The notes below the pieces were generated by a model, which searched no databases, was not told the DNA's origin, and saw only the letters and a program-made list of their open reading frames with translations. A stretch of DNA of 64,000 nt from Planctomycetota bacterium (GTDB lineage: Bacteria; Planctomycetota; JAJSAM01; JAJVHW01). The first letter of the stretch is position 1. Each line of letters starts with the position of its first letter. The stretch is taken from positions 160,001 through 224,000 of the forward strand of contig CBDFJG010000001.1 of the NCBI GenBank assembly GCA_965248445.1, given 5' to 3'. A program made the translations under genes and the position numbers. Positions 11,100 through 19,901 of this stretch are shown here, piece after piece.

Positions 11100-11849
11100 A
11101 TGCGTACCACCCTCCTCGCCGTCCTCACCGTGCTAGCCCTCGTCGCGTTCGCGGCGACACCGGCGCACGCCGCAATCACCGCGAGCGGTTCCGTGATCAG
11201 CGTGCAGGCCGCGCCGACCGGCACGCTCAACGGGAACACCGTCGCGAGCAACACCAGTATCTTCGTCTGGTTCGAGAGGACCACGACCCTCGGCTCGGGG
11301 TTCGGCGCTGATCACGACGGCTCGACGGGCACGTTCACGACTACCGGTAGTCTCACCGCCGGGACCATCGCGGCGGGGACGCGTGTTTCGAGCTACTACG
11401 TACACTTCGACCAGGCGAACACGACCGGCTCGACAGTCTTGTCGAACGCCGCGCAACAGTTCATCACGTTCGACCAACAGATCCTCGGCATCGAGTTGCT
11501 CACCGGCACGTTCAACGGCGGAGCCGGTGACACGGCGTTCTCGCCAGCCGGCCTGACGTACGGAACTCTGCAGGCGCGTGGACTGGAACTGGGCGGCGGC
11601 GGCAACGGCGATCGCTTCGCGATCGCCAGCGGGGGGGGATCCTGGACGCTCACCCTCACGCGCCTGCGTGTCGTGAACGGCGGCGTGGACAGCATTCGCA
11701 TCATCACGGCCGCCCCACTCGCCACGCCCGAGCCCGGCACCTGGGCGCTGTTCGGGCTGGGCGCGCTCGGTCTCGGAGCGTACGTCCTGCGACGCCGTAA
11801 GCGGTGCCTCCCGGCCGAGACGGAAGACGCGGACGCCACCACAACGTAG
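11100..11849 (+). CDS. PEP-CTERM sorting-domain surface protein
   Basis: Signal peptide ending AHA, Thr/Gly/Ser-rich body, C-terminal TPEPGTWALFGLGALGLGAYVLRRRKR. Confidence 0.9.
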   Translation: MRTTLLAVLTVLALVAFAATPAHAAITASGSVISVQAAPTGTLNGNTVASNTSIFVWFERTTTLGSGFGADHDGSTGTFTTTGSLTAGTIAAGTRVSSYYVHFDQANTTGSTVLSNAAQQFITFDQQILGIELLTGTFNGGAGDTAFSPAGLTYGTLQARGLELGGGGNGDRFAIASGGGSWTLTLTRLRVVNGGVDSIRIITAAPLATPEPGTWALFGLGALGLGAYVLRRRKRCLPAETEDADATTT

Positions 11850-11861
11850 AGTCCGGGCCCT

Positions 11862-12665
11862 GTGAAGGTCCTCGCGAACTCCGTCCAGAAGTCAGGCACT
11901 CATCTGTTGCTCCGCCTGCTCGGCGAACTCGGTGTCCCCCGCTTCCTACGGTGGCGCATCGACCCCGAGTGGACGCTCGAGCGGTCGCGCTGGAAGCGCA
12001 TGAGCGTCCAGATGCCGTTCGGAGAGCGGGTGCCTGTCGGCATGGGTGTCGAGATCAGCGCTCGCTGGGTCCGCCGGCTGCTGGGCCGCATGCCGGACGA
12101 GAGTGCGCTCCTGGCGCACTGTGCTCACTCGCCGCAGATGTCGGCGATTCTAAAGAGTGAGCGTGCCCGGATGATCTGCATCGTCCGCGATCCGCGGGAC
12201 GTCGCGGTTTCGCACGCGCACTTCCTGATGAAGATCGGCAAGGACAAGATCACCCGGCGGCCCGAGCATCGCGCGCTCGTCGCGCTGCCCGATCACGCCG
12301 CCCGCATCACGGCACTCTTGCGCGGGCACGGCGCCACCCGGTCCGTGGCGCAGCGCTTCCGGGAGCTACTGCCCTGGCGCAGCGAGCCCGGCTGCCTGTT
12401 CGTCCGCTTCGAGGATCTGATCGGAGCCCGTGGGGGCGGCGACGAGTCTCGTCAGCTGGCCGCGGTCCGCAACGTGGCGGCACACGTCGGCCACGCCGAG
12501 CTGGGCGACGCCGCAGCGCGGCGCATCGCCGGGGGGCTGTTCGGCGGGACGGCGACGTTCCGAAAGGGCCTCATCGGTCAGTGGCGGGAGGAGTTCACGG
12601 ACGAACACGGGGCGCTCGCGCGCGACACACTGGCGGACGTGCTGTCCGCGTTCGGATACGACTGA
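11862..12665 (+). CDS. PAPS-dependent sulfotransferase
   Basis: 5'-PSB QKSGTHLL, 3'-PB RDPRDVAVSH, C-terminal FRKGLIGQWREEF. Confidence 0.85.
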   Translation: MKVLANSVQKSGTHLLLRLLGELGVPRFLRWRIDPEWTLERSRWKRMSVQMPFGERVPVGMGVEISARWVRRLLGRMPDESALLAHCAHSPQMSAILKSERARMICIVRDPRDVAVSHAHFLMKIGKDKITRRPEHRALVALPDHAARITALLRGHGATRSVAQRFRELLPWRSEPGCLFVRFEDLIGARGGGDESRQLAAVRNVAAHVGHAELGDAAARRIAGGLFGGTATFRKGLIGQWREEFTDEHGALARDTLADVLSAFGYD

Positions 12666-13280
12666 CTACTCGCTGTCGATGTCGTCGAGCGAAGCCTCGA
12701 TCTCGAAGTAGCTGTCCATCTCCTCGAGGACGGCTGCGACCTTCTCGTCGGGTGTCGAACCCCGCTTCAGCGGTGGGAGCGTGTTCATGATGTCGCCTGC
12801 GGCGTCGACGAAGTGCACGGTCGGGATGCCGCGAATGTTGTGTTCGCGCGCCCACTTCGATTCCTCGTCGCGGTTCGCGAGCACCGGCACGAAGTCCTTG
12901 GTCAGCCGCGCCAGCACGCGCTCGTCGGACATGGCCCCACGGGCCAACTTCTCGCAGGCGCCTCAATTGAGCGCGGAATAGAAGAGCATCGCGGGCTTGC
13001 CCTCGGCCTTCGCCTTCGCGAGTCCGGCATCGATGCCCCACGTGAACGGCACTTTCTCGAAGTACGGGGCGAAGTGCGGGTCCACTCCGTCCGGCAGATT
13101 GCCCTTCATCTCCGTGGGTGTGCGCGTGTCGGGGCCCACCTCGCCGGCGGGTCCGTCAGCCTTCGGCTCCACAACGGGAGCGGGGGCCTTCGCGGTGTCC
13201 GTCTCGGCCGACGGCTTCTCGCCGCATGCCACGGCCAGGAGGCCGCAGAGCGCCGCAGTGGTCAGGATCGTTCGATGCAT
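12666..13280 (-). CDS. Thioredoxin-like lipoprotein, putative selenoprotein (UGAC active site, in-frame TGA 12963-12965)
   Basis: ORFs 12963-13280 and 12666-12947 are in the same frame. Read-through gives GKPAMLFYSALN-U-GACEKL...NIRGIPTVHFVD, a Trx fold with cis-Pro loop; lipobox LAVAC. Confidence 0.8.
12932..12946 (-). promoter_or_regulatory. Putative bacterial SECIS hairpin
   Basis: UGGCCC-GUG-GGGCCA stem-loop starting 16 nt after the UGA; the loop begins with G. Confidence 0.6.
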
Positions 13281-13352
13281 CGGTGTGTCTCCACAGTCTG
13301 TCCTGGGGGAGCTCCGGGGCTGTCGTAGGGCCGCCCCATGGGACGGTCCCCG

Positions 13353-15119
13353 TCACAGCGGAATACCGTACTCGTCCCAGCGCCGGTCCACGAGGTCCCG
13401 CGTGGCGTCGTCGACCTCCATGACCTCGGGGTACCACGGCTTCACACGGCAGTCCCAGACGACCGGCGCCTCGAGACCGACGTGGAAGCGAGCCACCCGC
13501 TCGCTCCGACCGTGAATGTCGCCCGCGGGTTCCATCCGCGTGAAGGTGGTCCAGAGGAAGAGCTCGGACGATGCCGTCGCCTCGTCGACGTCGTCGACCA
13601 GCACCACGAGAGGCCAGTCTGCGAACACGTCCTCGCGCGCGATCCGCGCGGCCTGCCCCTCTTCCTCGGCATACGGTCTCCCGCCGACGACCAGGCATCC
13701 GCGGCAGTACGGGCGCGCCGCGACGACGCCGCCGGGCAGTGTCCCGTCGAAACGCCGAGGCAACTCCCGAACCACCTCGCCGAGGCCGAGGAGCATGCCC
13801 TTGCTCCCGTGATTCACACGCGGGCCGGTGTAGTCGAGTGTGTCCTGTGCCGTCTGGCTCACGACGATGAGGTCCCGGCCCCAGTCCACGCGCTCGAGGA
13901 TCGTCTCGAGCACAGTGACGAAGTCGGTGAGATCGATCTCTTGATCCGTCAGGAACACGAACTTCTGCAGTGACAACTGGCCCTCGCCCAGGATCCGGAA
14001 GCCCGAGACGATCGCCTCCCGCGGGTAGCGGTCGCGCACCACGGCCGCGGCCAGGCTGTGAAAGCCGGTCTCGCCGTAGCTCCAGAGTTTGCGCACGCTC
14101 GGCATCACCAGCGGGAAGAGCGGCGAAAGCAGGTCCTGCAGGAAGTCCCCGATGTGGAAGTCCTCCTGCCGCGGCCGCCCCACCACGGTCGCCGGGAACA
14201 CGGCGTCCCTGCGGCGGTGCACGCGATCCACGCGGAACACGGGATAGTCGTGCGCGAGGCTGTTGTAGCCGTAGTGATCGCCGAACGGCCCCTCGGTGCG
14301 GCGCTGTCCCGCGAGGACACGTCCCGCGAAAGCGAACTCGCAGTCGGCAACGAGCGGATGAGGGGCCTTGCCGCGTACACGGCGCAGACGCTCTCCGAGC
14401 AGGAGACTCGCGAGAAGCAGTTCCGGCACGTCCTCCGGTAGCGGCGCGATCGCCGAGAGGATCAGCGCAGGCGGTCCGCCGAGGAACACGGTCGCGTGCA
14501 AGTCCTCGCCGCGTTCCTCCGCCGCCGCGTAGTGGAACCCGCCTCCCTTGTGGATCTGGAAGTGCATGCCTGTCTCGGCCGGGCCGTGCACGTGCATGCG
14601 GTACATACCGAGGTTGTGCTTCCCGGTCTGCGGATGCTCGGTGTACACGAGCGGCAGCGTGAGGAACGGACCGCCGTCGCTGTGCCACGACGTCAGCGCC
14701 GGCAGGCGGTCGAGCCGCGGCTCCTCCTCGATCTCCGTCACCGGCCCGCTGGACACGTCCTTCATGCCGACGCGCAGTCCGCCGAACAGCACGTCCCGGA
14801 AACCCCACAACTTCCCGGCCGTCGGCGGCACGAGTTGCTCCGCCATCTCGACGACGCGTTCGATGAACTTGCGCGGTCTCTCCCCGAACGCGAGGGCGGC
14901 GCGCTCCGAAGTGCCGAACAGGTTGGTCGCGACGGGCGTGTCGGCGCCCCGTGGATTGCGGAACAGCAGAGCCGGACCACCCTCATGGATCACGCGGCGG
15001 TGGATCTCCGCGATCTCGAGACGCGGGTCCACCTCAGCGGTGATCTCGAGCAGCTCTCCGCGGGGCCGCAGGAGGTCGAGATAGGCGTGGAGGTCGCGCA
15101 CGGGCGCCGGCGTGTTCAT
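13353..15119 (-). CDS. UbiD family (prFMN-dependent) decarboxylase, long form
   Basis: GGPALLF, NLFGT, NLGMYR, EGPFGDHYGY, TVVGRPRQED motifs. Confidence 0.9.
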   Translation of the reverse strand: MNTPAPVRDLHAYLDLLRPRGELLEITAEVDPRLEIAEIHRRVIHEGGPALLFRNPRGADTPVATNLFGTSERAALAFGERPRKFIERVVEMAEQLVPPTAGKLWGFRDVLFGGLRVGMKDVSSGPVTEIEEEPRLDRLPALTSWHSDGGPFLTLPLVYTEHPQTGKHNLGMYRMHVHGPAETGMHFQIHKGGGFHYAAAEERGEDLHATVFLGGPPALILSAIAPLPEDVPELLLASLLLGERLRRVRGKAPHPLVADCEFAFAGRVLAGQRRTEGPFGDHYGYNSLAHDYPVFRVDRVHRRRDAVFPATVVGRPRQEDFHIGDFLQDLLSPLFPLVMPSVRKLWSYGETGFHSLAAAVVRDRYPREAIVSGFRILGEGQLSLQKFVFLTDQEIDLTDFVTVLETILERVDWGRDLIVVSQTAQDTLDYTGPRVNHGSKGMLLGLGEVVRELPRRFDGTLPGGVVAARPYCRGCLVVGGRPYAEEEGQAARIAREDVFADWPLVVLVDDVDEATASSELFLWTTFTRMEPAGDIHGRSERVARFHVGLEAPVVWDCRVKPWYPEVMEVDDATRDLVDRRWDEYGIPL

Positions 15120-15232
15120 CCATCGAGTCTCGCGCCTTCGGCTCACGGAGGCCAAACGTGCCTGGCGGGAGACTGCTGCCCGGTTTCGGCGTTCGGTTGC
15201 TTCCGGGCCTGAGGTGGGTCGATAATGCCCTC

Positions 15233-16147
15233 GTGGGAGAAGAACGGGTCTGCGCGCTCTGTCAGACGGTCAACGTGGCCGGTACGCAGCTCTGCATCGC
15301 CTGCGGATCGTCGTTCGCAGCCTCGCCGCCGTCGGTGGAGACCGCCGGCGAGGAGGACCTCGACAGCGCGGCCCGCCAGGCAACCGTGATCGAGGGCGCT
15401 GTGCCGGGAGGCGGGGTCGCGAAGCGAGCGGCCGCGGTCGTGGCGACCGCGGCCGAGGCCGCGCGACCGCAGTCACCGCCGGAGACCGAGCACGACCCCG
15501 TCGGTGCGCCAACGACGACCAAGTTCACAGCGCGGCTGCTGCTCCCGGACGGGGACCGGCGCAGTCTCGAACTCACCGACGCGACCCAGCTCCTCGGCTC
15601 CGGTCTCGACGACCTCGGCGTGACGGGCGACCCGCGCATCGGTTCCGGAGAAGCGACGCTCACGGTCGAGGACGGCGATCTGTACCTGACGCCGAAGCCG
15701 GATGCGCGCGGCATCTACCGACGGCTGCGCGGCGAAGAGACGCTATCGCCCGGAGACGTCGTTCTGATGGGTGACATCGCGGCCCGTTACGAGCCGCTCG
15801 AACCCTTGGCTCCCATCGACGACGGGCAGCAAGTGCTCGGCGGCGGCGCGAACTCGCCCGTCGGCCGGCTCGTGTTCCTGCGTCGGGACGGCACCGACGG
15901 ACCGGTGCACGACTTGCCCGCGGGCAAGACGATCATCGGAAGGACCGACGGCCATCTCAACTTCCCACACGACGGACGGCTCTCGCGCCGGCACGCGCGC
16001 TTCTTCGGGTCGGAGCGCGGAGTCACGATCGAGGACCTGGGGAGTCGCAACGGCACGTACTTGCGGCTATGGAGACGAGAGCGCCTGGACATCGGGGACG
16101 CGCTCCGCGTCGGGTCGGCCGGCCTGCAGGTGAAGTCCCGCAGCTGA
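15233..16147 (+). CDS. Zinc-ribbon + tandem FHA-domain protein
   Basis: CALC...CIACG ribbon; degenerate first FHA; canonical second FHA (IIGR...LSRRH...DLGSRNGT). TTGCTT-N18-GATAAT lies just upstream of GTG 15233. Confidence 0.85.
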   Translation: MGEERVCALCQTVNVAGTQLCIACGSSFAASPPSVETAGEEDLDSAARQATVIEGAVPGGGVAKRAAAVVATAAEAARPQSPPETEHDPVGAPTTTKFTARLLLPDGDRRSLELTDATQLLGSGLDDLGVTGDPRIGSGEATLTVEDGDLYLTPKPDARGIYRRLRGEETLSPGDVVLMGDIAARYEPLEPLAPIDDGQQVLGGGANSPVGRLVFLRRDGTDGPVHDLPAGKTIIGRTDGHLNFPHDGRLSRRHARFFGSERGVTIEDLGSRNGTYLRLWRRERLDIGDALRVGSAGLQVKSRS

Positions 16148-16188
16148 TCCGCCGACTGGCGGCTCGCCGCGGAGGGGGGAGAAAGCGC

Positions 16189-17970
16189 ATGCAAGCGACG
16201 CGGATGACGCGTTCGCGGTGCGTGGCGCTCGCAACGCTCGCACTCGTGCTGGGCTCCCTCGTGCTCCCCGTCACGGATCGCGAGGCGGCGGCCGTTGGAC
16301 CGCCGCTCACGACCGCCGACGTGGAGACACTGGTCTCGCGCTGTGTGACGTTCGCGCGACGCGCATCCAAGCGGCCTCTCTCGATCGCGGTCGTGGACAC
16401 CGAGGGCAACTCGCTCGGCGTGTTCCACATGACCGGGAGCAGCGGCTGCCGCGCCATCGCGCTGTCCAAGGCCGGCACGGGCGCGTACTTCAGCAGCGAC
16501 TTCGGGTCATTCACGACCCGCACGGCGGCGTTCATCATCCAGGACCACTTCCCGCCGGGGCTGCGATTCGCTCCGGGCGGGCCCCTCTATGGGGTGCAGT
16601 TCTCGAGCCTCGCCGCGAGTGACACGAACGCGATCTACTACCCGACGCCGCAGTCGCTGCCGTTGATGGAGGACTGCGACGGACTGCCGGAGATCGCGCA
16701 GGCGCGTGTGCGCGGAGACCTGGGCGGGATCGGCATCTACAAGGACGGCAAGCGAGTCGGTGGGCTCGGCGTCGACGACGGCAGCCGGAACCGCACCGTG
16801 ACGATTCCGCCGATCGCGATCACGGACCCGACGAAGGGGCATCGGATCACGTATCGCAAGCTCGAACGCGGCCGTCCGCTCGAGCGCGTCGTCATGGCCG
16901 CCGGCCGCGGCTTCCTTCCTGACCGCAAGCGACGGGCGACTCGAATCACGGTCGACGGCTTCCGGCTCACCTACAGAAAGCCGGCGAACCTCAAGAAGAA
17001 CGTCACGGCCCCGACGATCGTGCCCGGAGTCGATGGTGTCTGGGACACCGACTACCCGTTGCGCGACGCGGCGGTGCTGCCGTCGCGGTTCGTTCCGCTC
17101 ACCTTGGATCCCCCTGTCGGGTCCAGCGCGGAAGCGCAGCGCTTCCGCGGATCGCGTCCGGCCGCGTTCCCGATCCGCGCCAGCACCGACGGACTGCTCT
17201 CCGAGGCGGACGTGCGCCGCATCCTCTGGCAGGGAGCGCAGCGGGCGAACATCACGCGCGCCGCGATCCGCCGTCCGATCGGTCTCGCGATGCAGTGCTG
17301 GATCTCCGTCGTCGACACGAACGGCGAGGTGCTCGGCGTGTACCGCTCGCCGGACGCGACGCTGTTCTCCTACGACGTCAGCGTGCAGAAGGCGCGCACG
17401 ACCGTGCTCTTCTCGGACGAGAAGGTCGCGTGGAGCTGCCGGGCTCTTGGACAGCACGCCCAGCGCTTCTACCCCGCGGGTCAGCAGCAATCGGGCACCG
17501 GACCGATCTACCAGCTCCAGGACGGCCTGTCCGTAGGGCTCCTCACCGGATCGCTCGCCGTGGGCGGAAGCACGGACGCGCTGCTACGCAACGGCATCAC
17601 GATCTTCCCGGGCGGTGTACCGCTCTACCGCAACGGACAGGTGGTCGGCGGCGTCGGCGTCTCCGGCGACGGCGTGGATCAGGACGACCTCGTGGCGGAT
17701 TTCGCGTCCATCGGCCTGAGAGCGGCGCCGCCGATCCGCTGCGACCGAGCGGGTCCCCAAGCACTGAAGAACTCGCTGCTGCGCGCGCTGACACGGATCG
17801 AGGGCATCGTTCCCGCGGGTCCGCTGGCCGATCCTGTCGCAGAGACGGGCCTCCGGTTCTTGAAGGCGCGCATCCGCAACTCGCGCGGCCGCCTCGGGCG
17901 CATTCGGCTCACCGTCGGACCACCGTACGTGAAGCACCCCAGGCATCCGGGGCCCGTCACGATCCGATGA
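16189..17970 (+). CDS. Secreted heme-binding protein with two GlcG/HbpS-like domains
   Basis: Signal peptide; IAVVDTEG...ALSKAGTG and ISVVDTNG...QKARTT; C-terminal FPGGVPLYRNGQVVGGVGVSGDGVDQDD. Confidence 0.8.
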   Translation: MQATRMTRSRCVALATLALVLGSLVLPVTDREAAAVGPPLTTADVETLVSRCVTFARRASKRPLSIAVVDTEGNSLGVFHMTGSSGCRAIALSKAGTGAYFSSDFGSFTTRTAAFIIQDHFPPGLRFAPGGPLYGVQFSSLAASDTNAIYYPTPQSLPLMEDCDGLPEIAQARVRGDLGGIGIYKDGKRVGGLGVDDGSRNRTVTIPPIAITDPTKGHRITYRKLERGRPLERVVMAAGRGFLPDRKRRATRITVDGFRLTYRKPANLKKNVTAPTIVPGVDGVWDTDYPLRDAAVLPSRFVPLTLDPPVGSSAEAQRFRGSRPAAFPIRASTDGLLSEADVRRILWQGAQRANITRAAIRRPIGLAMQCWISVVDTNGEVLGVYRSPDATLFSYDVSVQKARTTVLFSDEKVAWSCRALGQHAQRFYPAGQQQSGTGPIYQLQDGLSVGLLTGSLAVGGSTDALLRNGITIFPGGVPLYRNGQVVGGVGVSGDGVDQDDLVADFASIGLRAAPPIRCDRAGPQALKNSLLRALTRIEGIVPAGPLADPVAETGLRFLKARIRNSRGRLGRIRLTVGPPYVKHPRHPGPVTIR

Positions 17971-19901
17971 GAACGCGGTGCGCCGCCTCCACTGTCGTCG
18001 TGGGGCTCGCTCTCGCCGCCTGCAGGGTCGTGCCGGTGGACGACAACCGCGCGCCGATGCCGTTCCGCATCGAGAGCGTGCTCGACGACTACGCCCGCCA
18101 GAACCCGGACGGCGCGGCGCCGCTCGCTCCCCCTACCCCCACAACCGCCCGGGCGACAACCCCGGACGGCCGCGCGGACGCGGACACGGCGCAGCGCCCC
18201 GCGGTGCGAGAGCAACTCGAATACGGACCGCTCGGGTACGCACGACCCGGCGATGCACCCGCGACGCGAACGCCCCGCGATCTCTTCGAGAACGAGTCGA
18301 CGCGGCCCGATCGGTGGCGGGTCGGCATGCCCGCATGGGAGCGCGGCTCGAAGTCCGACTCGCCGTACGACCAGGGTTCGTGGTGGGACCCCTACCACCA
18401 GAACGTCCTGAAGGGCGACTACCCGCTGCCGGGTACGCAGAACACGTTCATGCTGCTCGAGGCCACGTCGCTCAGCCTCGCCGAGTCGCGCAAGGTGCCG
18501 ACGCCGACGAGCGTGTTCCCGCGCGGCGCGAACGATGCTGCGTTCTTCGGGAAGCCACACCAGACGCTCCTCGCGGAGACGGTTCAGGTGACGCTCGACC
18601 TGTTCCAAGGTGAGACGGCCTTCAAGCCCGTCGACTGGCGCCTGCTGGTGCGGGGCGCGTTCAACTGGAACCACGCTACGGCCCGGGAGAACGTGGCGCT
18701 GTTCGCGGATCCGGCGCGCGGCGGACGACGCACGGATCGTCACGCGGCGTTGCAACAGGCCTTCGTGGAGACGACGATCGCCTCCGTCAGCGACAAGTAC
18801 GACGTCATCCAGGCTCGCCTGGGCACGCAGCAGTTCAACAGCGACTTCAAGGGCTTCCTGTTCCGTGACGAAGCGCTCGGGGCGCGTCTGTTCGGCAGCC
18901 TCGATGACAACCGGTGGCTGTGGAACGCCGCGTACTTCCGTCGCTGGGACAAGGACACGAACAGCGGCCTGAACACATTCGACTCGATCAAGCAGGACAT
19001 CTTCCTCGTCAACCTGTACCGCCAGGACGTGCTGCAGATGCTCCTGCCGCGCTCCGAGAGTAAGGAGTGGTCGAAGGGGCTCACCGCCCAGCTCTCGTAC
19101 CACCACTTCAGCGACGACGAGTCCGTGCACTACGACGAGAACGACTTCCTGGTGCGCCCGCGAGCCGTCGGCACCGTCGCGCCGAGCCGGCGCTCGATCG
19201 ACTACGTCGGGTTCAACATGGACGGTCACGTGGACCGCCTGAACATCACGTCTTCGCTGTACCACGCTTCGGGCAACGCGACTCTCGATGAGATCGCCGG
19301 CCGCGAGGTCGATGTCGACGCGATGATGGCTGCACTCGAGCTGTCCGTCGACGTCGACTGGATGCGCTTCCGCGTGTTCGGGTTCTACCAGCAGGGCGAT
19401 GAGGACCCGTTCGACGGCGACGGCGAAGGGTTCGACGCGATCTTCGATGCGCCGGTGTTCGCGGGTGGCGAGTTCTCGTTCTGGAACCGGAACACGATTC
19501 GTCTGACCGGGAGCGGAGTCGGTCTGATGCAGCGGTTCAGCCTGCTCAACTCCCTCCGCAGCAGCAAGGACCAGGGGGCGCCGTCCTACGTCAACCCGGG
19601 GCTGATCCTCGGAGGAGTCGGGTACGACGCTCAGCTGACCCCGCACATCAAGCTGATCACCAACGCGTCCTACCTGCGCTTCGACCACACGAATTCGATC
19701 CAGTACGTCCTGAACCAGGACTCCATCGGCAGTGAGATCGGCTACGACCTCTCTGCCGGTGTGGTCTGGCGTCCCTTGCTCACCGACAACGTGATCGTCA
19801 AGGGCGGCGTCAGTGCGCTCGTCCCCGGTACCGGTTTCCGCGACGTGTTCACGGCGGACACGCTCTACGCCGGCTTCCTGGAGGTCATCCTCACGTGGTG
19901 A
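17967..19901 (+). CDS. Putative outer-membrane beta-barrel (lipo)protein
   Basis: ATGA overlap; lipobox LALAAC; aromatic-rich amphipathic beta-strands; ends YAGFLEVILTW with a terminal aromatic residue. Confidence 0.7.
   Translation: MRTRCAASTVVVGLALAACRVVPVDDNRAPMPFRIESVLDDYARQNPDGAAPLAPPTPTTARATTPDGRADADTAQRPAVREQLEYGPLGYARPGDAPATRTPRDLFENESTRPDRWRVGMPAWERGSKSDSPYDQGSWWDPYHQNVLKGDYPLPGTQNTFMLLEATSLSLAESRKVPTPTSVFPRGANDAAFFGKPHQTLLAETVQVTLDLFQGETAFKPVDWRLLVRGAFNWNHATARENVALFADPARGGRRTDRHAALQQAFVETTIASVSDKYDVIQARLGTQQFNSDFKGFLFRDEALGARLFGSLDDNRWLWNAAYFRRWDKDTNSGLNTFDSIKQDIFLVNLYRQDVLQMLLPRSESKEWSKGLTAQLSYHHFSDDESVHYDENDFLVRPRAVGTVAPSRRSIDYVGFNMDGHVDRLNITSSLYHASGNATLDEIAGREVDVDAMMAALELSVDVDWMRFRVFGFYQQGDEDPFDGDGEGFDAIFDAPVFAGGEFSFWNRNTIRLTGSGVGLMQRFSLLNSLRSSKDQGAPSYVNPGLILGGVGYDAQLTPHIKLITNASYLRFDHTNSIQYVLNQDSIGSEIGYDLSAGVVWRPLLTDNVIVKGGVSALVPGTGFRDVFTADTLYAGFLEVILTW

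Noticed and set aside
12963..12965. TGA read-through as evidence of an alternative genetic code
   Set aside because: Many genes here end in TGA with ATGA/GTGA coupling and Trp is encoded by TGG; read-through is indicated only at this redox site.
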